Below are positions 1-12,149 of a DNA stretch of 64,000 nt, one piece after another. The notes below the pieces were generated by a model, which worked only from the letters and a program-made list of their open reading frames with translations, ran no database searches and was not told where the DNA came from. The position numbers and the translations under genes were made by a program. How positions within the stretch are numbered: position 1 is the first letter of the stretch; each line of letters begins with the position of its first letter. The DNA is from Hormiphora californensis (taxonomy: Eukaryota > Animalia > Ctenophora): NCBI GenBank assembly GCA_020137815.1, contig CM035352.1, forward strand, positions 7,130,001-7,194,000, read 5' to 3'.

Positions 1-270
1 GTGGGACACTGGACACACTCTCACCTTATTAGTATCGGGACTGTGCTGGTTGTTTGGGGTGGTGTGGATCGCTGTGAAACACATCCTTGGATGCAGGTAA
101 ATAGAGGGGTGGGTGGGGCGGGGTGGGGCGGGTGCTTTGGGTAGGGCGGGGTGTGGTGGAGGGGGTGGGGGTGGTGGTGGGACACTGGATACACCTTATT
201 AGTATCGGGACTGTGTTGGTTGTTTGGGGTGGTGTGGATCGCTGTGAAACACATCCTGGGATGCAGGTAT
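1..270. repeat. ~170-bp direct tandem duplication with a G-rich spacer (truncated by the window start)
   Basis: GTGGGACACTGGA..CACCTTATTAGTATCGGGACTGTG..GGATGCAGGTA occurs at 1-99 and again at 177-269. Confidence 0.85.
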
Positions 271-296
271 AGAATTCGTTATTGTTATTTGTTAAA

Positions 297-335
297 CTAG
301 TAAACCCGTTCGCCCTACGGGCGAATTTCGGGGAA
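297..335 (-). mobile_element. Helitron-like 3' terminus
   Basis: Minus strand reads TTCGCCCGTAGGGCGAACGGGTTTACTAG|T: GC-rich hairpin a few nt before a CTAG-T end. No 5' end identified. Confidence 0.4.
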
Positions 336-1382
336 ATGGTATTGGTAGCTGGAATAGGGAACACTGACATCATCAGTCTAACTAATGACATGCACAATCC
401 CATCTTAAGTAACGGTACCTTAGAAGGAGCTCAGGCGGGATCGCTGCGAGTTTCTGGTTTCAGAACGTCAAATGATGATCCGGCGATCAAAGTTATAAAA
501 GAACTTACTATTTCGTCTGCTTGCAGTATTCATCTGCCTTAATCTCTGAGATTGATCATCGGTTCTGTTTAACCTCTAACGTCTTGTTCGTTCTCTCTGC
601 ACTTCTTTTGGTGATGCTGCATTTGAACCCCTCAGTGTATGGAAAAGTAGAGAATAGCGGTGAGATCTTGCGTGAATAACTCCAATTGTCGCTGTCGTAT
701 ATCAAGAGTTGTTGAAGAGAGCATATAATTAGCTGGAACAGTGAAACAGACTAAAGCAAGATCAAATGCACGTGCACGTGCAGTATAACAGTAGCAACCA
801 TGCCATTGGCAACGGCTCCGACTCCTGGCCCCACTCCAATAGTACTCCACAGTTCACCTCTAGGCTCTAAACCTGCACGTGCTAAATGCCATATAAGGTA
901 AAAAACGTTACACTGGATTTCCCTATTTGCTTTAATAATAGTATGATTGTTATTTACGCGGTAGTGAACCCCAGTTTACCGTGTGAGAATTTAGAGGTTA
1001 TACAATATACGGGGGGAAGGGGTTTCGTCCACGGATAACACCTACGTCAGTGTCTATCTAATCAGGCATCACGCTGACCGTTTTTCGTGTCCATCGCTCA
1101 CACCGAGAGGTCCTAGGCTGACAGTATTTTAATGAAAGGGGGGAATTGGGAAATAACAAGGCTTCTTTTAATCTTCTGGGGTCAATAGTAACTATTACAT
1201 TAACTAATAAATTGAACTACGTATCACTAACTATGTAATTCTATAAATAGCTTTACCATCATGACACACAGTTGCCTAGTCCGACCCTGGAAAGGATTTG
1301 AACTTTGAACAAAACAACATTACTGCATGCAGAACTAATCCAGTAAAAAGTAATTAATTTATTAATTTCTAATACATTTCAG

Positions 1383-2854
1383 CTGGGGCCTTCAGATATT
1401 TTTTACCTATACCATGCCATCGTGTACTGACTCATCAGCCACTCTTGCCAAGAAGATTATTGTCTTCCCCTTTGACTTCCTTCCCGTGTTTTGTGGGGCA
1501 CTCGTTACTTCAATTTCAAATGGGTAAATATATTTACTCCAAGTCCCCAACCCCTTTCTTTCTTTTTCAGTCTCCCCCTTTCTCTCTATCTCAAGTCTCA
1601 ACCCCTCGGCCTCCCCACCCCACCCCCTTTTTCTATCTCAGGCACTCTTTAAGTTCCAACCCCTGTCTCTACAACGCCCTTTTCCTCCCCCCTTTCCTCT
1701 CTATCTCAACCCCTTCTCAGCCTCTCTACAACCCCCTTTTCCTCTCTCCAACCCCCTTTTCCTCTCTATCTCAACCCCTTCTCAGCCTCTCTACAAGTAC
1801 AAAGCCCTTTTCCTCTCCCCAACCCCCCCTTTTCCTCTCTATCTCTCTACAACGCCCTTTTCCTTTCTCAGGTACGTGATAATGGAGTTGGCTCGGAGCT
1901 ACAGAAACCCGCCAATAACACAACAGACTGCTGAATCATTTACAAGGACAACCCTTATAATAGTTTGCCTCACCTCCCTCTTCCTCGTGTAAGTTTAGAA
2001 CAAACTTTCTCTTCTTCGGCAGCTTACCCTCTTCGGCAGCTTCGGAGCTAAATAATGCCAATTGGTCCCAATAAATTCGCATGGAGAAACCTGCTTTCAC
2101 CAGGTGATTCTCCTCCCTAACCTCTCCCTAACCTCCCTATTCTCTAACCTCACTTCCCAGGTGTTTCATGCCAGTCCTAGTATTCTTCTTCCTAAACTGC
2201 CTAGAGGAATTATTTGGGTTGGAGATTATGGCAGGCATGTCCGGCAAAGTCTTCATTTACACTTTCGTGGTATGTACCTAAACCTAATGACTTTACTGTT
2301 AACACTTTGACATACTAAAACAGTGACGTAACCCAATTTTTATCGGTCTGCTTGTCTCTCCGTCAACTACCCACTACAAGGGGGTGTAGGTTGTGGACAG
2401 TTTCATCAGAATATCTAATGACCTGTTGGCGACTCATTAGTACTATTGCCATGGCCCATGATATCATACATCTGTACTAGTACTATAAACTGGACTACTG
2501 CAGACTGTAGTACGTACTTTTATAGGCAATACAGTCGGACCTCGACTTACCGGGATGCTTGGTGGAAAGGGGTTTGCCCGGTAAATCTGGGTTCGGGTAA
2601 ATCGGGGTCCGACTGTATCTCGAGCCCAGAATTACCAATCTCTCTCTAACCCCTCCTACTTTCAGTTGAAGTTCCTCCTGCCTGCCTTCTACCCCACTCT
2701 GAGTCCAGTTCTACAGTTCTGCGGGGCTCCAGGACAACGGGAACGGTTGACGATAAAACGTGATACAATGCTGTCCGTTCTTAGTAAACGGAGCTCCCGG
2801 GCCAAGATGGATAATGTTAGTAGGAGGTCTGTTAGAGCTAGTTCTGCCTTATGA
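1383..2854 (+). CDS. Rhodopsin-like (class A) GPCR, 3' exons only (TM5-TM7 and tail)
   Basis: Exons ~1383-1523, 1872-1988, 2161-2269, 2666-2854 join in phase via GT-AG: FLPVFCGALVTSISNGYVIMEL..FTRTTLIIVCLTSLFLVCFMPVLVFFF..LKFLLPAFYPTLSPVLQF. TM6 has a CFMP (CWxP-like) motif. Confidence 0.7.
2532..2615. mobile_element. Short Tc1/mariner(pogo)-type MITE
   Basis: TA|CAGTCGGACC...GGTCCGACTG|TA; same family at 37177-37348, and degenerate at ~57358-57432. Confidence 0.75.
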
Positions 2855-3236
2855 AGGAGGTCAGTTAGAGCTTGCTCTGCTTTATGAAGGACTTGATATA
2901 TCACAAGATGTGAGGGTCATGTTCAAGGTAGTTCAAGGAGTTGGACTTGTCATAAGAGGATCATGTTCAAGGAAGTACTGCAAATTGCAATTCAGGCTCC
3001 AGACAATATAGGCCAATAGGACAGGACATTGTAGGTTGTTCGTATGTGGCTATAGCTGTAGGCTACATTTGCCTTTCCGGCCTCAGATTATAAACACGGC
3101 TGCATAAAAGTGTAGCTATGGCTGAATGATATCCGAGCCGGCTCATTTCGGCCAATCGAACCGGAACTGTCGCTTTGGATCACATTCATGTATGTGAGTT
3201 GGCCATTACAACACCAAATGTACAGTACGAACACTG

Positions 3237-3291
3237 TCTGGCGCCGCCGACCCCATCTGAGCGCACTGTCAAATTGGGGTATGGCGCCGCC
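3237..3291. repeat. Dispersed ~55-bp element
   Basis: TCTGGCGCCGCCGACCCCATCTGAGCGCACTGTC..TTGGGGTATGGC also at 61683-61740; related core tandemly repeated (reverse) at ~51190-51310. Confidence 0.75.
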
Positions 3292-3574
3292 ATACAGTAT
3301 GAACATTGAACACATGTGTCCAACAAACAAAATTCGAAAATATTTGGGGGAATAAATTATGAAATGCTGCTGAAGTGTAACAATGCTTTATGTGTATTCA
3401 ATATCATGAATTACAGTTAAAACACCCCTGAACCACACGAATATATTACTTTTCTTTCATCACAAATAATACTATCTGGTGACCATGGTAACTTGATAAC
3501 AATTAACAAGTGTATCTGATCTCTCATTGTCCCTCAATGTGATCTGATCTCTCAGGACTCTGTCTCAATGTCTC

Positions 3575-6554
3575 TCACTGGCATTCCAGCCCGTTTTGTG
3601 GGACAAGATGGGTGCTTTCCTCTTTCATTTGTTCGTAGGTGGAGCCCGAGTCATGATGACTGTATTTTGTGGAAACATTAGGTCCTGCTCCGTTAATTAT
3701 AGCGTTACTTATCTCAGCCAGGGATGTTGAAGTTTTTATCTGGACTATCACGATCATGATCTGAAAGGGAGATTGTTTGAACCTACGGCAGGTGCACAGT
3801 TGCTCGACAGTCTATTTCTGGCTGCTATTTCTGGCTGCTATTTCTGGCTGCTAGACCTATTTCTGGCTGCAAGCAGCCAGAAATAGATTTTAGCAGCCAG
3901 AAATAGGGTCTAGCAGCCAGAAATAGGGTTTCTCTCACGTGATCTCTCTATCTCTGTATGGGATACGAGAGACGAATCGGTGAAGTGATTTGGTATCTGT
4001 AACTGTAATTGGGTATGGGATACGGGAGACGAATCGGTGAAATGATTCGGTATCTGCAACTAATTTGGTATGGGATACGGGAAACGAATCGGTGAAGTGA
4101 TTCGGTATCTGCAACTAATTGGGTATGGGATACGAGAGGCACCTCTTTTGTTTTACCGGTCCCCTAGCTCCAAACTTGAAATTTACGCCATCGAATATGT
4201 GTTATCACACCCATTGCGTCAAATCACCGATAAACTGATCTCATATCACGCTGTGTAATATGTCGGGATAGCATAACCGATAAACGTCTCCCGTATCCCA
4301 TACCCAATTAGTTGCAGATACCGAATTACTTCACCGATTCGTCTCTCGCATCCCATACAGAGATAGAGAGATCACGTGAGAGAAACCCTATTTCTGGCTG
4401 CTAAAATCTATTTCTGGCTGCTTGCAGCCAGAAATAGGTCTAGCAGCCAGAAAAAGGTCTTGCAGCCAGAAATAGCAGCCAGAAATAGCAGCCAGAAATA
4501 GCAGCCAGAAATAGACTGTCGAGCAACTGTGCACCTGCCGAACCTACTAGGGTGAAAGATATCTAGGTTACCTAGATATCTGTCAGAAATTCATACAATT
4601 ACATAGAGACTCAGAGCTGGGATCAGTTAGCCAATCCAGTCAATTGGTCAGATCGCCGGAATTGGTTCCCCGCTCTAACTGTATGTAGTCTTGGAAGTTG
4701 GATGAGATAGACATCACTTCATGTTGTCTAGGCATCATGGTGTAAGGTACAGATTGCTGCCACCATGCTCAATGCCAACTGTTCACTCACAAACACAAAC
4801 AAACAAACAAACAAACAAACAAACAAACAATTAAACAAACAAACAAACAAACAACTCCCTCATACCTGCATAAAAAGGAACGAAACGACCATGAGGCAGA
4901 CCATAGAGGTGACCAACATGAGGCCTCTCAGCACCTCAACTTTACTGTTACAATACTCCGCATCCTTTCCTTTGAACATGAAACATTAAAACATTAAAAT
5001 TCAGCGAAATATTTGTGATAAGTCGAACAAATTCAGTATACGACTGTCAGGCCAATGCCCTGACCACAGTTCTTGAGAGAAACGAGAATGGGTCAGGCCA
5101 ATGCTCTGACAGGTATAGGAATAGTGTTAGGTATCTTGCCAACCTTTGAACATGAGATCTTGGTTCATTCCACCGTTCACTAACACCCCACTAACACCAC
5201 ACATACACAGAGGGTGCTGCCCTTGTTCTCCGTTACTGACCACTCGACACTGGTCTGATTTGAAGTACCTGACAGGGAGGGTGTAACGCCGTAACGGTAT
5301 GTTTCATGGGGCGGAATGTAACGGGGTCGGAATGTCACTCAGCTCAAGTCCTGTCAGGTCAATGCTCTGACAGCGCCAGTCTATACCCCCAGCATTACTC
5401 ATCTCCCAAAATGCCTTGTAACTTGTAGGGAGGGGGTGTAGAGAGATTAGACAGCACGTTCTAAAGCACGTTTTGTTTGTCGAGTAAGGGGTTTTGCAGG
5501 GCGGTGTTACAAAGGTACACTCTCTATTGTACTATTAATAGTACAGAGAATAGCTATTCTCGGCGGCGAAAGTTTCCAGAGCTGCAAGACAGTAGTTTCT
5601 TAGACCTTGTCACTGTCAGTCTCTAATTACCACTATCCATATTGGCCTTGGACCTCAGCCCACTATAATACAACTCCCGAACCCTCCACCAGTCACCTAA
5701 CCTCTATCGTAACCCAAAGGTCAACCATATTAATATAGAATCCCAATCAAACAAGTTGTTTAACAACTCCCTAATATAGGCATGGGTACGTAATATGTTC
5801 AAAATCCCACTACTCACTGAGATCCCATGGCGGTTGTGAAGGCTGCGATGATGCACATTCCAAGAGTCACCAGTAAACACACCAGCACCCCTGTTAGCCG
5901 GAACTTGGACCGGTTATTATGGAGGGCGATCGTCACAACACTGCTCACCAGAAGGAAGATGCCAGCCCAGACTGAGGGGGAGGGGGTTACTTACTCAACA
6001 AGGGTGAGGGGGAGACACTGGGGCGGGGGTCAGAGACCTGGGGGCGACAAGATCATGGACTTAGTTCGACTTGGGATTGGTGTTGTGGGGGGGGGGGGGG
6101 GGTTGGGTTTTTTGGGATTTGGGGGGGTTTTGGGATGAAAGTTAAGGACCCTTTAGGGTAGAAAAGTTTTAAAGGGGCCCTTTAAGGGACCCTAGGAAGT
6201 TAAGGGACCCTTTAAGGGAACCTAGGAAGTTAAGGGACCCTTTAATGAGGTAGAACGAATCGTAAGCAGTACCCTCGTATCAGTTCACATTGTAAGCGGT
6301 TCCACTGCTAATGAGGTACACCGAATCGTGGTCAGTACCCTCGTATCAGTACACATTGCAAGCGGTTCCGTCGCTAATGAGGTACACCGAATCGTGAGCA
6401 GTGAGCAGTGTATCGGTTCACATCTCTGTCTCTCCCTCTGTCTCTGTTCCCCCTCTGTGTCTGTCTCTGTCCCTCTCTATGTCTCTCCCTCTGTCTCAGT
6501 CTCTGTATCTCTCTCTGCCTCTGTCTCTGTCTCTGTCTCTGTCTCTGTCTCTTT

Positions 6555-6614
<60 letters not shown>

Positions 6615-7326
6615 TCTCTCCCCCCTCTCTCTCCCTCTCTCTATCTATCTCTTTCTCTGTCTTTTTAGGATGGAGATAGCTAGCTGAGAGAGACAGAGAC
6701 AGAGGGAGAGACAGAGACAGAGGGAGAGACAGAGACAGAGACAGAGACAGCGACAGAGGCAGAGACATAGAGAGATAGAGATACAGAGACTGAGACTGAG
6801 ACTGAGACTGAGACTGAGACTGAGACTGAGACTGAGACATAGAGAGATAGAGATACAGAGACTGAGACTGAGACTGAGACTGAGACTGAGACTGAGACAG
6901 GGACAGAGAGAGAGGGGGAACAGAGACAGAGGGAGCGACAGCGACAGAGATGTGAACCGATACACGGTACTTACCGTGTATCGGTTCACATCTCTGTCGC
7001 TGTCGCTCCCTCTGTCTCTGTTCCCCCTCTCTCTCTGTCCCTGTCTCAGTCTCAGTCTCAGTCTCAGTCTCAGTCTCAGTCTCTGTATCTCTATCTCTCT
7101 ATGTCTCAGTCTCAGTCTCAGTCTCAGTCTCAGTCTCAGTCTCAGTCTCAGTCTCTGTATCTCTATCTCTCTATGTCTCTGCCTCTGTCGCTGTCTCTGT
7201 CTCTGTCTCTGTCTCTCCCTCTGTCTCTGTCTCTCCCTCTGTCTCTGTCTCTCTCAGCTAGCTATCTCCATCCTAAAAAGACAGAGAAAGAGATAGATAG
7301 AGAGAGGGAGAGAGAGGGGGGAGAGA

Positions 7327-7386
<60 letters not shown>

Positions 7387-8103
7387 CAGAGACAGAGACA
7401 GAGACAGAGACAGAGGCAGAGAGAGATACAGAGACTGAGACAGAGGGAGAGACATAGAGAGGGACAGAGACAGACACAGAGGGGGAACAGAGACAGAGGG
7501 AGAGACAGAGATGTGAACCGATACACTGCTCAGTGCTCACGATTCGGTGTACCTCATTAGCGACGGAACCGCTTACAATGTGTACTGATACGAGGGTACT
7601 GACCACGATTCGGTGTACCTCATTAGCAGCGGAACCGCTTACAATGTGAACTGATACGACGGTACTGCTCACGATTCGTTCTACCTCATTAAAGGGTCCC
7701 TTAACTTTCTAGGGTCCCTTAAAGGGTCCCTTAACTTTCTAGGGTCCCTTAAAGGGTCCCTTAACTTTCAAGGGTCCCTTAAAGGGTCCCTAAAAGGGTC
7801 CCTTAAAGGGTCCCTTAAAGGGTCCCTTAACCGGTCGGGCTTCTTCTCACCTGCCCATGATCTTCCCTTGCTACACAACCCCCGGTCTACCCCGCCAGAC
7901 AGAACACCCCATGGCGGCATGGCACCCCGTTTCAACTAACTTGGTGTAAAGATAGATGGGATATCCTCGACCGAAGAATGGTGCCTCACAAAATATGTCA
8001 GAGCTATGATGTAAAGAGCCCCACAGCCACTAGTTAGGGTACACAACCGATATGCTAGGGTATCCTGGTAACTGTTCGGAACAAGCTTCCGGAAATCAGT
8101 CAT
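3575..8103 (-). CDS. CD20/MS4A-like four-transmembrane protein
   Basis: Exons ~8103-7939, 5968-5818, ~5268-5144 (indel errors), 4969-4866, 3760-3575. Joined text MTDFRKLV..GALYIIALTYF..FTPIWAGIFLLVSSVVTIA..LTGVLVCLLVTLGMCIIAAF..YCN..LMLVTSMVCLMVVSFLFMQ. PIWAGIFLLVS resembles the MS4A PxWxGxxxxxSG motif. Confidence 0.65.
3787..4539. mobile_element. Fold-back MITE with 8-bp TSD (Merlin/MULE-like)
   Basis: Long TIRs GGCAGGTGCACAGTTGCTCGACAGTCTATTTCTGGCTG; GAACCTAC on both sides (3779-3786, 4540-4547); internal CTATTTCTGGCTG and ~55-bp subrepeats. Confidence 0.9.
6140..7830. repeat. ~1.7-kb near-perfect palindrome (fold-back element) in an MS4A-like intron
   Basis: Centre TACACGGTA-CT-TACCGTGTA at 6961-6980; mirrored 66-bp repeats, (CT)n/(GA)n and (CTCAGT)n blocks, terminal TTAAGGGACCC repeats. 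Confidence 0.9.
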
Positions 8104-8567
8104 GGTACGAAGAAGAAGGGAGAACAGGGCAAGACAACAAATGGCTGGTGTTTGAGGGGGTAAAAGTCTCCCCCTGCTACTACAAGCTTGGAGCTGGAGA
8201 AGCAGCTTGAGTGTAGGCCTGTAGGGGGTGGGGGAATAATGAGGCAGTCAATTAGGATTTGGTACTTTGGTGAATTGGTGGAGGTTAGTTTGGTGTTTTT
8301 AGACGGTAAATGAAGTTCCAAGTTTTCATTGTAGTGTTGCGTTGGGGTTGGAGTTATAAACTGAAGAAACGCCGCTTTTAACGTTTGAAATAAAAATACT
8401 TTCAGTTTCATTGTTCATTCATAGTTTCCTAAAAAGTCTGTCCCTGCCCTTTTTATTCTCTCCCCAGTCTCAGTCAGTGGGATTCCTTGCAAAGTCCTGT
8501 TGACCTGTTAGATAGGGGTTGGTACTTGGTAGTCGATGATACTCAAAATATTGTATCTCCCATTTAA

Positions 8568-8813
8568 TTATTCCCCTCCATCACCACCACCTCCGTCACC
8601 TCCATCATCACCATCATCACCATCACCATCACAGTCAATGTCACCCTTGCAACACCCTATGATAAAAAATGCAAGAAGCGCGGCCCCAATAAGACACGAC
8701 ATCACTATTATTTCTTCCTTTGATAAGGGTTGATTGTCACTCTGTTGAGATGCTGCGATGTGGACAAGGAGTAGGAATAGTAACAGCCTAGTAACATTGA
8801 ATCTTTCCCTCAT
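8568..8813 (-). CDS. 81-aa putative single-pass membrane microprotein with Asp/Gly-rich tail
   Basis: ORF with signal-peptide-like N-terminus (RLLLFLLLVHIAAS), a second hydrophobic helix (IIVMSCLIGAALLAFFIIGCC), acceptor TTTTACTCCAG just before ATG, AATAAA ~110 nt after the stop. Confidence 0.55.
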   Translation of the reverse strand: MRERFNVTRLLLFLLLVHIAASQQSDNQPLSKEEIIVMSCLIGAALLAFFIIGCCKGDIDCDGDGDDGDDGGDGGGGDGGE

Positions 8814-8873
8814 CCTGGAGTAAAATGATATTGAAAGTACCGGTACTGTAGATACTAAGAGTCTGTATTTGTA

Positions 8874-10200
8874 GGGGAGATGTACCTCAAATGGGATAGT
8901 AGGTCAAATGGGATGAGACAGGTTTGGGCTGAACCGTCTTACGTGTACAAATTTAACCTATTGGGAATACAATAGACATGGCATCTAACCATTCCTATCA
9001 AATGCGTATCTATTTCTGCTGAAAATTCTGGGTTTGATAGAGGTAGGTACATCGGAAAAAAATGAATTTTGAATAATCAGCTCTTTATAACTTCCTTTTA
9101 GGCTTCTCCTATAAGCTAAAGGATAGTTTTAGTTGTCGGAAATGGTCAATTAACTAATTTTTAGTAAGTTAAAGTCTCTATACTACTCTACAATAATGCT
9201 TTGACTTAACTTGACTTAATTTGCTTGACCCAACATTTCCCCCAAATGGGACACTTTCATTTCCCTCAAATGGGATACCCCGGAAGTTCATAATCATATT
9301 GTGAACTGGCTACTTAGAAAAATGAGTTGAACCGTGAAAAGAATAGGTTTTACTGGAGTATTAAGGTATGTCTCTAACTAAACACTGATTCATTCACGTT
9401 GTAGCTTCTCCTATGTCTGACTATCCCATTTGACGCTAGAAAATGACATCCAGTCCTGCCAAAATTTTGCAATACAGAAACAGATAGTTATAAAATTAGG
9501 TAGGCGGTAAATGTTAACCAGATCTGAGAGAAAACGTACGTGCAAAACCACGTTTTTGTCCATAACTCAGTCATTTCTTGACCAATTTGCAAAATCTTGG
9601 GCGCGTTGGAAAGAGGACATTGAGCTCTTTCAAATGAGCCCAATAAAACTAAAATCGGCGCAAAATGCGCGGCGTCATGGCGCAAAACGCGCGTTTTCGC
9701 CACCACGCCGCGCAATTTGCGCCAATTTTAATTTTCTTGAGCTCATTTGAGAGATCTCAATGTCCTCTTTCCAATGAGCCAAAGATTTTGCAAATTGGTC
9801 AAGAAATGGCTGAGTTATGGGGAAAAACGTGCGAAATTCTCACAGATCTGGTTAACATTTACCGCCTACCATAAAATTAGCAGCTGTTCGAAAATGTTTC
9901 ATTAGCATCCTTGGGATTGTAAATGTCTGCGGTAAAGTTTCCAGGATTAAGTTCTATGGCTTTTGGCCATCAGCTATACTATCCCATTCGACCAAAAAAT
10001 TTTCAAAATTCATAAATTGGCCCACAAATGGGATAGCACTATATCTCATCATCTTTTAGTGAATGAAGTATAAAATCGTCTTGGGTAAGTTTATTGACTT
10101 CTTTTCATAGTATAGAATTGAAAAAAATCTAATCTCGCTCTTTTCTGGGAGATGATATTGAACAAAACATAATGGTATCCCATTTGGGGTACAACTCCCC
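8874..10200. mobile_element. Non-autonomous TA-TSD DNA transposon
   Basis: TA|GGGGAGATGTACCTCAAATGGGATA...TATCCCATTTGGGGTACAACTCCCC|TA; internal AAATGGGA repeats. Confidence 0.75.
9499..9870. mobile_element. Palindromic MITE with 9-bp TSD (MULE-like) nested in the previous element
   Basis: GGTAGGCGGTAAATGTTAACCAGATCTG TIR; ATAAAATTA on both sides (9490-9498, 9871-9879). Confidence 0.9.
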
Positions 10201-10343
10201 TACATATCATTTCAAACTTTGTAATCTAGGTATACCAAGACACAGGTAGCAAACTACGTAGATGAGACAGGGGAAGAGTCTTCTCGGAAGACCCGTCAGC
10301 ACGATGCCTGACAGCTGACTACTCTCCTCGCTCCGCCCCTTTA

Positions 10344-11280
10344 GTTGGGTCGGTTGTGGGAAGTCGGATCTGGAAATTTAAATTTGACTTGCTGATATGT
10401 TTAGTGACTCTATAAAAAGTCCAAAGCACCATCCCACAGGTCTCTACCACCCCCGGTTCACTAATTATTCGTAATTATGTGATTTATGACGTTATGGCCA
10501 ATTAGCACTAATAATACCAGTTCATGGCCACTTAGAGCTTAGATTATGATACCGGATGATAGAGGATGACTAGATTAGTGGGCAAACAAAATTTCAGGTC
10601 GATCGGAGTTATGGTCGAGGAGTTATAGCCGTTTTTCCGTTTGGCTGGCGGTTGGCTGGCACCACGTGGGATTACGGGTTTAGGTCGTCGTGGGAGGTCG
10701 TGGTTGGTCGCATTCGATCGGGCTCGATGAGGTGATCAAAACCTAGCGGGGCCAGACCTTGGCCCCACCCCGTTCTGGGGTTATTAGGCTTTTTCGGTTT
10801 TGGCGGGAAAATATTTTGGCGGGAAACCGAAAAAGCCCAATAACCCAAGAACGGGATGGGGCCAAGGTCTGGCCCCACTAGGTTTTGATCACCTCATCGA
10901 GCCCGATCGAATGCGACCAATGACGACCTCCCACGACGACCTAAACCCGTAATCCCACGTGGTGCCAGCCAACCGCCAGCCAAACGGAAAAACGGTTATA
11001 ACTCCTCGACCATAACTCCGATCGACCTAAAATTTTGAATGCCCACTAATCTAGTCATCCTCTATCAGCTGGTATTAAAATCTAAGCTCTAAGTGACCGG
11101 GAACTGGTATTATCAGTGCTAATTGGCGATAACGTCATAAATCACATAATTACGACTAATTAGTGAACCGGGGGTGGTAAAGACCTGTGGGATGGTACTT
11201 TGGACTTTTTATAGAGTCTCTAATCATATCAACAAGTCAAATTTAAAATTCCAGACCCAACTTCCCACAACCGACCCTAC
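10344..11280. mobile_element. ~940-bp fold-back element
   Basis: Arms GGGTCGGTTGTGGGAAGT... / ...ACTTCCCACAACCGACCC with scattered mismatches, centre AAAATATTTT at ~10808-10817, flanked by TA. Confidence 0.85.
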
Positions 11281-12149
11281 TACTTGGAGGAGTGAGTGGG
11301 AAGGGGTCAGTGTGATGACTGACAGAGACACAGAAAGTAAAACAGCACATTTCACTTCCTATACTGCTTCCTATACTGTGTATCCAAAGCAGTAGGGCCC
11401 ATAGAATCCACCATATCAAACAAATCTCATGATATTGGCATGACTTTTATCGCTGACTGGAGGCCCCAAATCAGAATTGAATTTTGATCTGCCTATACTA
11501 TATTCGATCTCCAACCTGATACTGATACGAGCTGAATCCAGGAAATTCCACAGGGAAATGATATAGGTCCTTGATTGAATCCAAACCCCAGCACCAGGTA
11601 CACAATAAAACTCATGTGATTTTGGGTGTCGGGGAAAATAATTGTTGTATTCGACAGCGCACACTCTCTCAAAAAATATTGTAAATTGGAAAAACCGGTC
11701 TACCCCTCCGGACCATTAAGTTACCGGCAAGGGACAGGTAGCGAGCTGCGAGACAGACACGGACTTACTGTCTTCAAAATACATAAAACACTCACACATA
11801 CACTCGCTGACTAATATATCTTGAAAATTTGTTCAAATAGTAATTTTATTAAGAAAATAATTCGATAATTATGTATAGGGTAGGGGGTCTTTTGTTAAAA
11901 AGATTGACCAAAAATGTATAATAAAAACCAAAAAACATCACACTACATGTTAGTACATTTGAAGACTAGTTAGTATGCGGCATTCTACTTCTAAACTATC
12001 ATATTGTTCACAGCAATAGGTTGCTAGCAAAATAACAAAATACAAATAATTGTGGGATATTCAAATATCAAATTATCTTTTCTCTCTCTCTCTCCCTCTT
12101 TTATCTTCTTAGACTGTCTTACATCTCCTCTTTCTCTCTCTCTCTCTCT

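Noticed and set aside
21-542. Short ORFs at the window start
   Set aside because: Overlap a tandem duplication and a TE-like end; no recognisable domain
6328-7672. ORFs of SL/RE/CL dipeptide repeats (also ~15800, 17374, 32664-33107, 40476)
   Set aside because: Translations of CT/GA microsatellites
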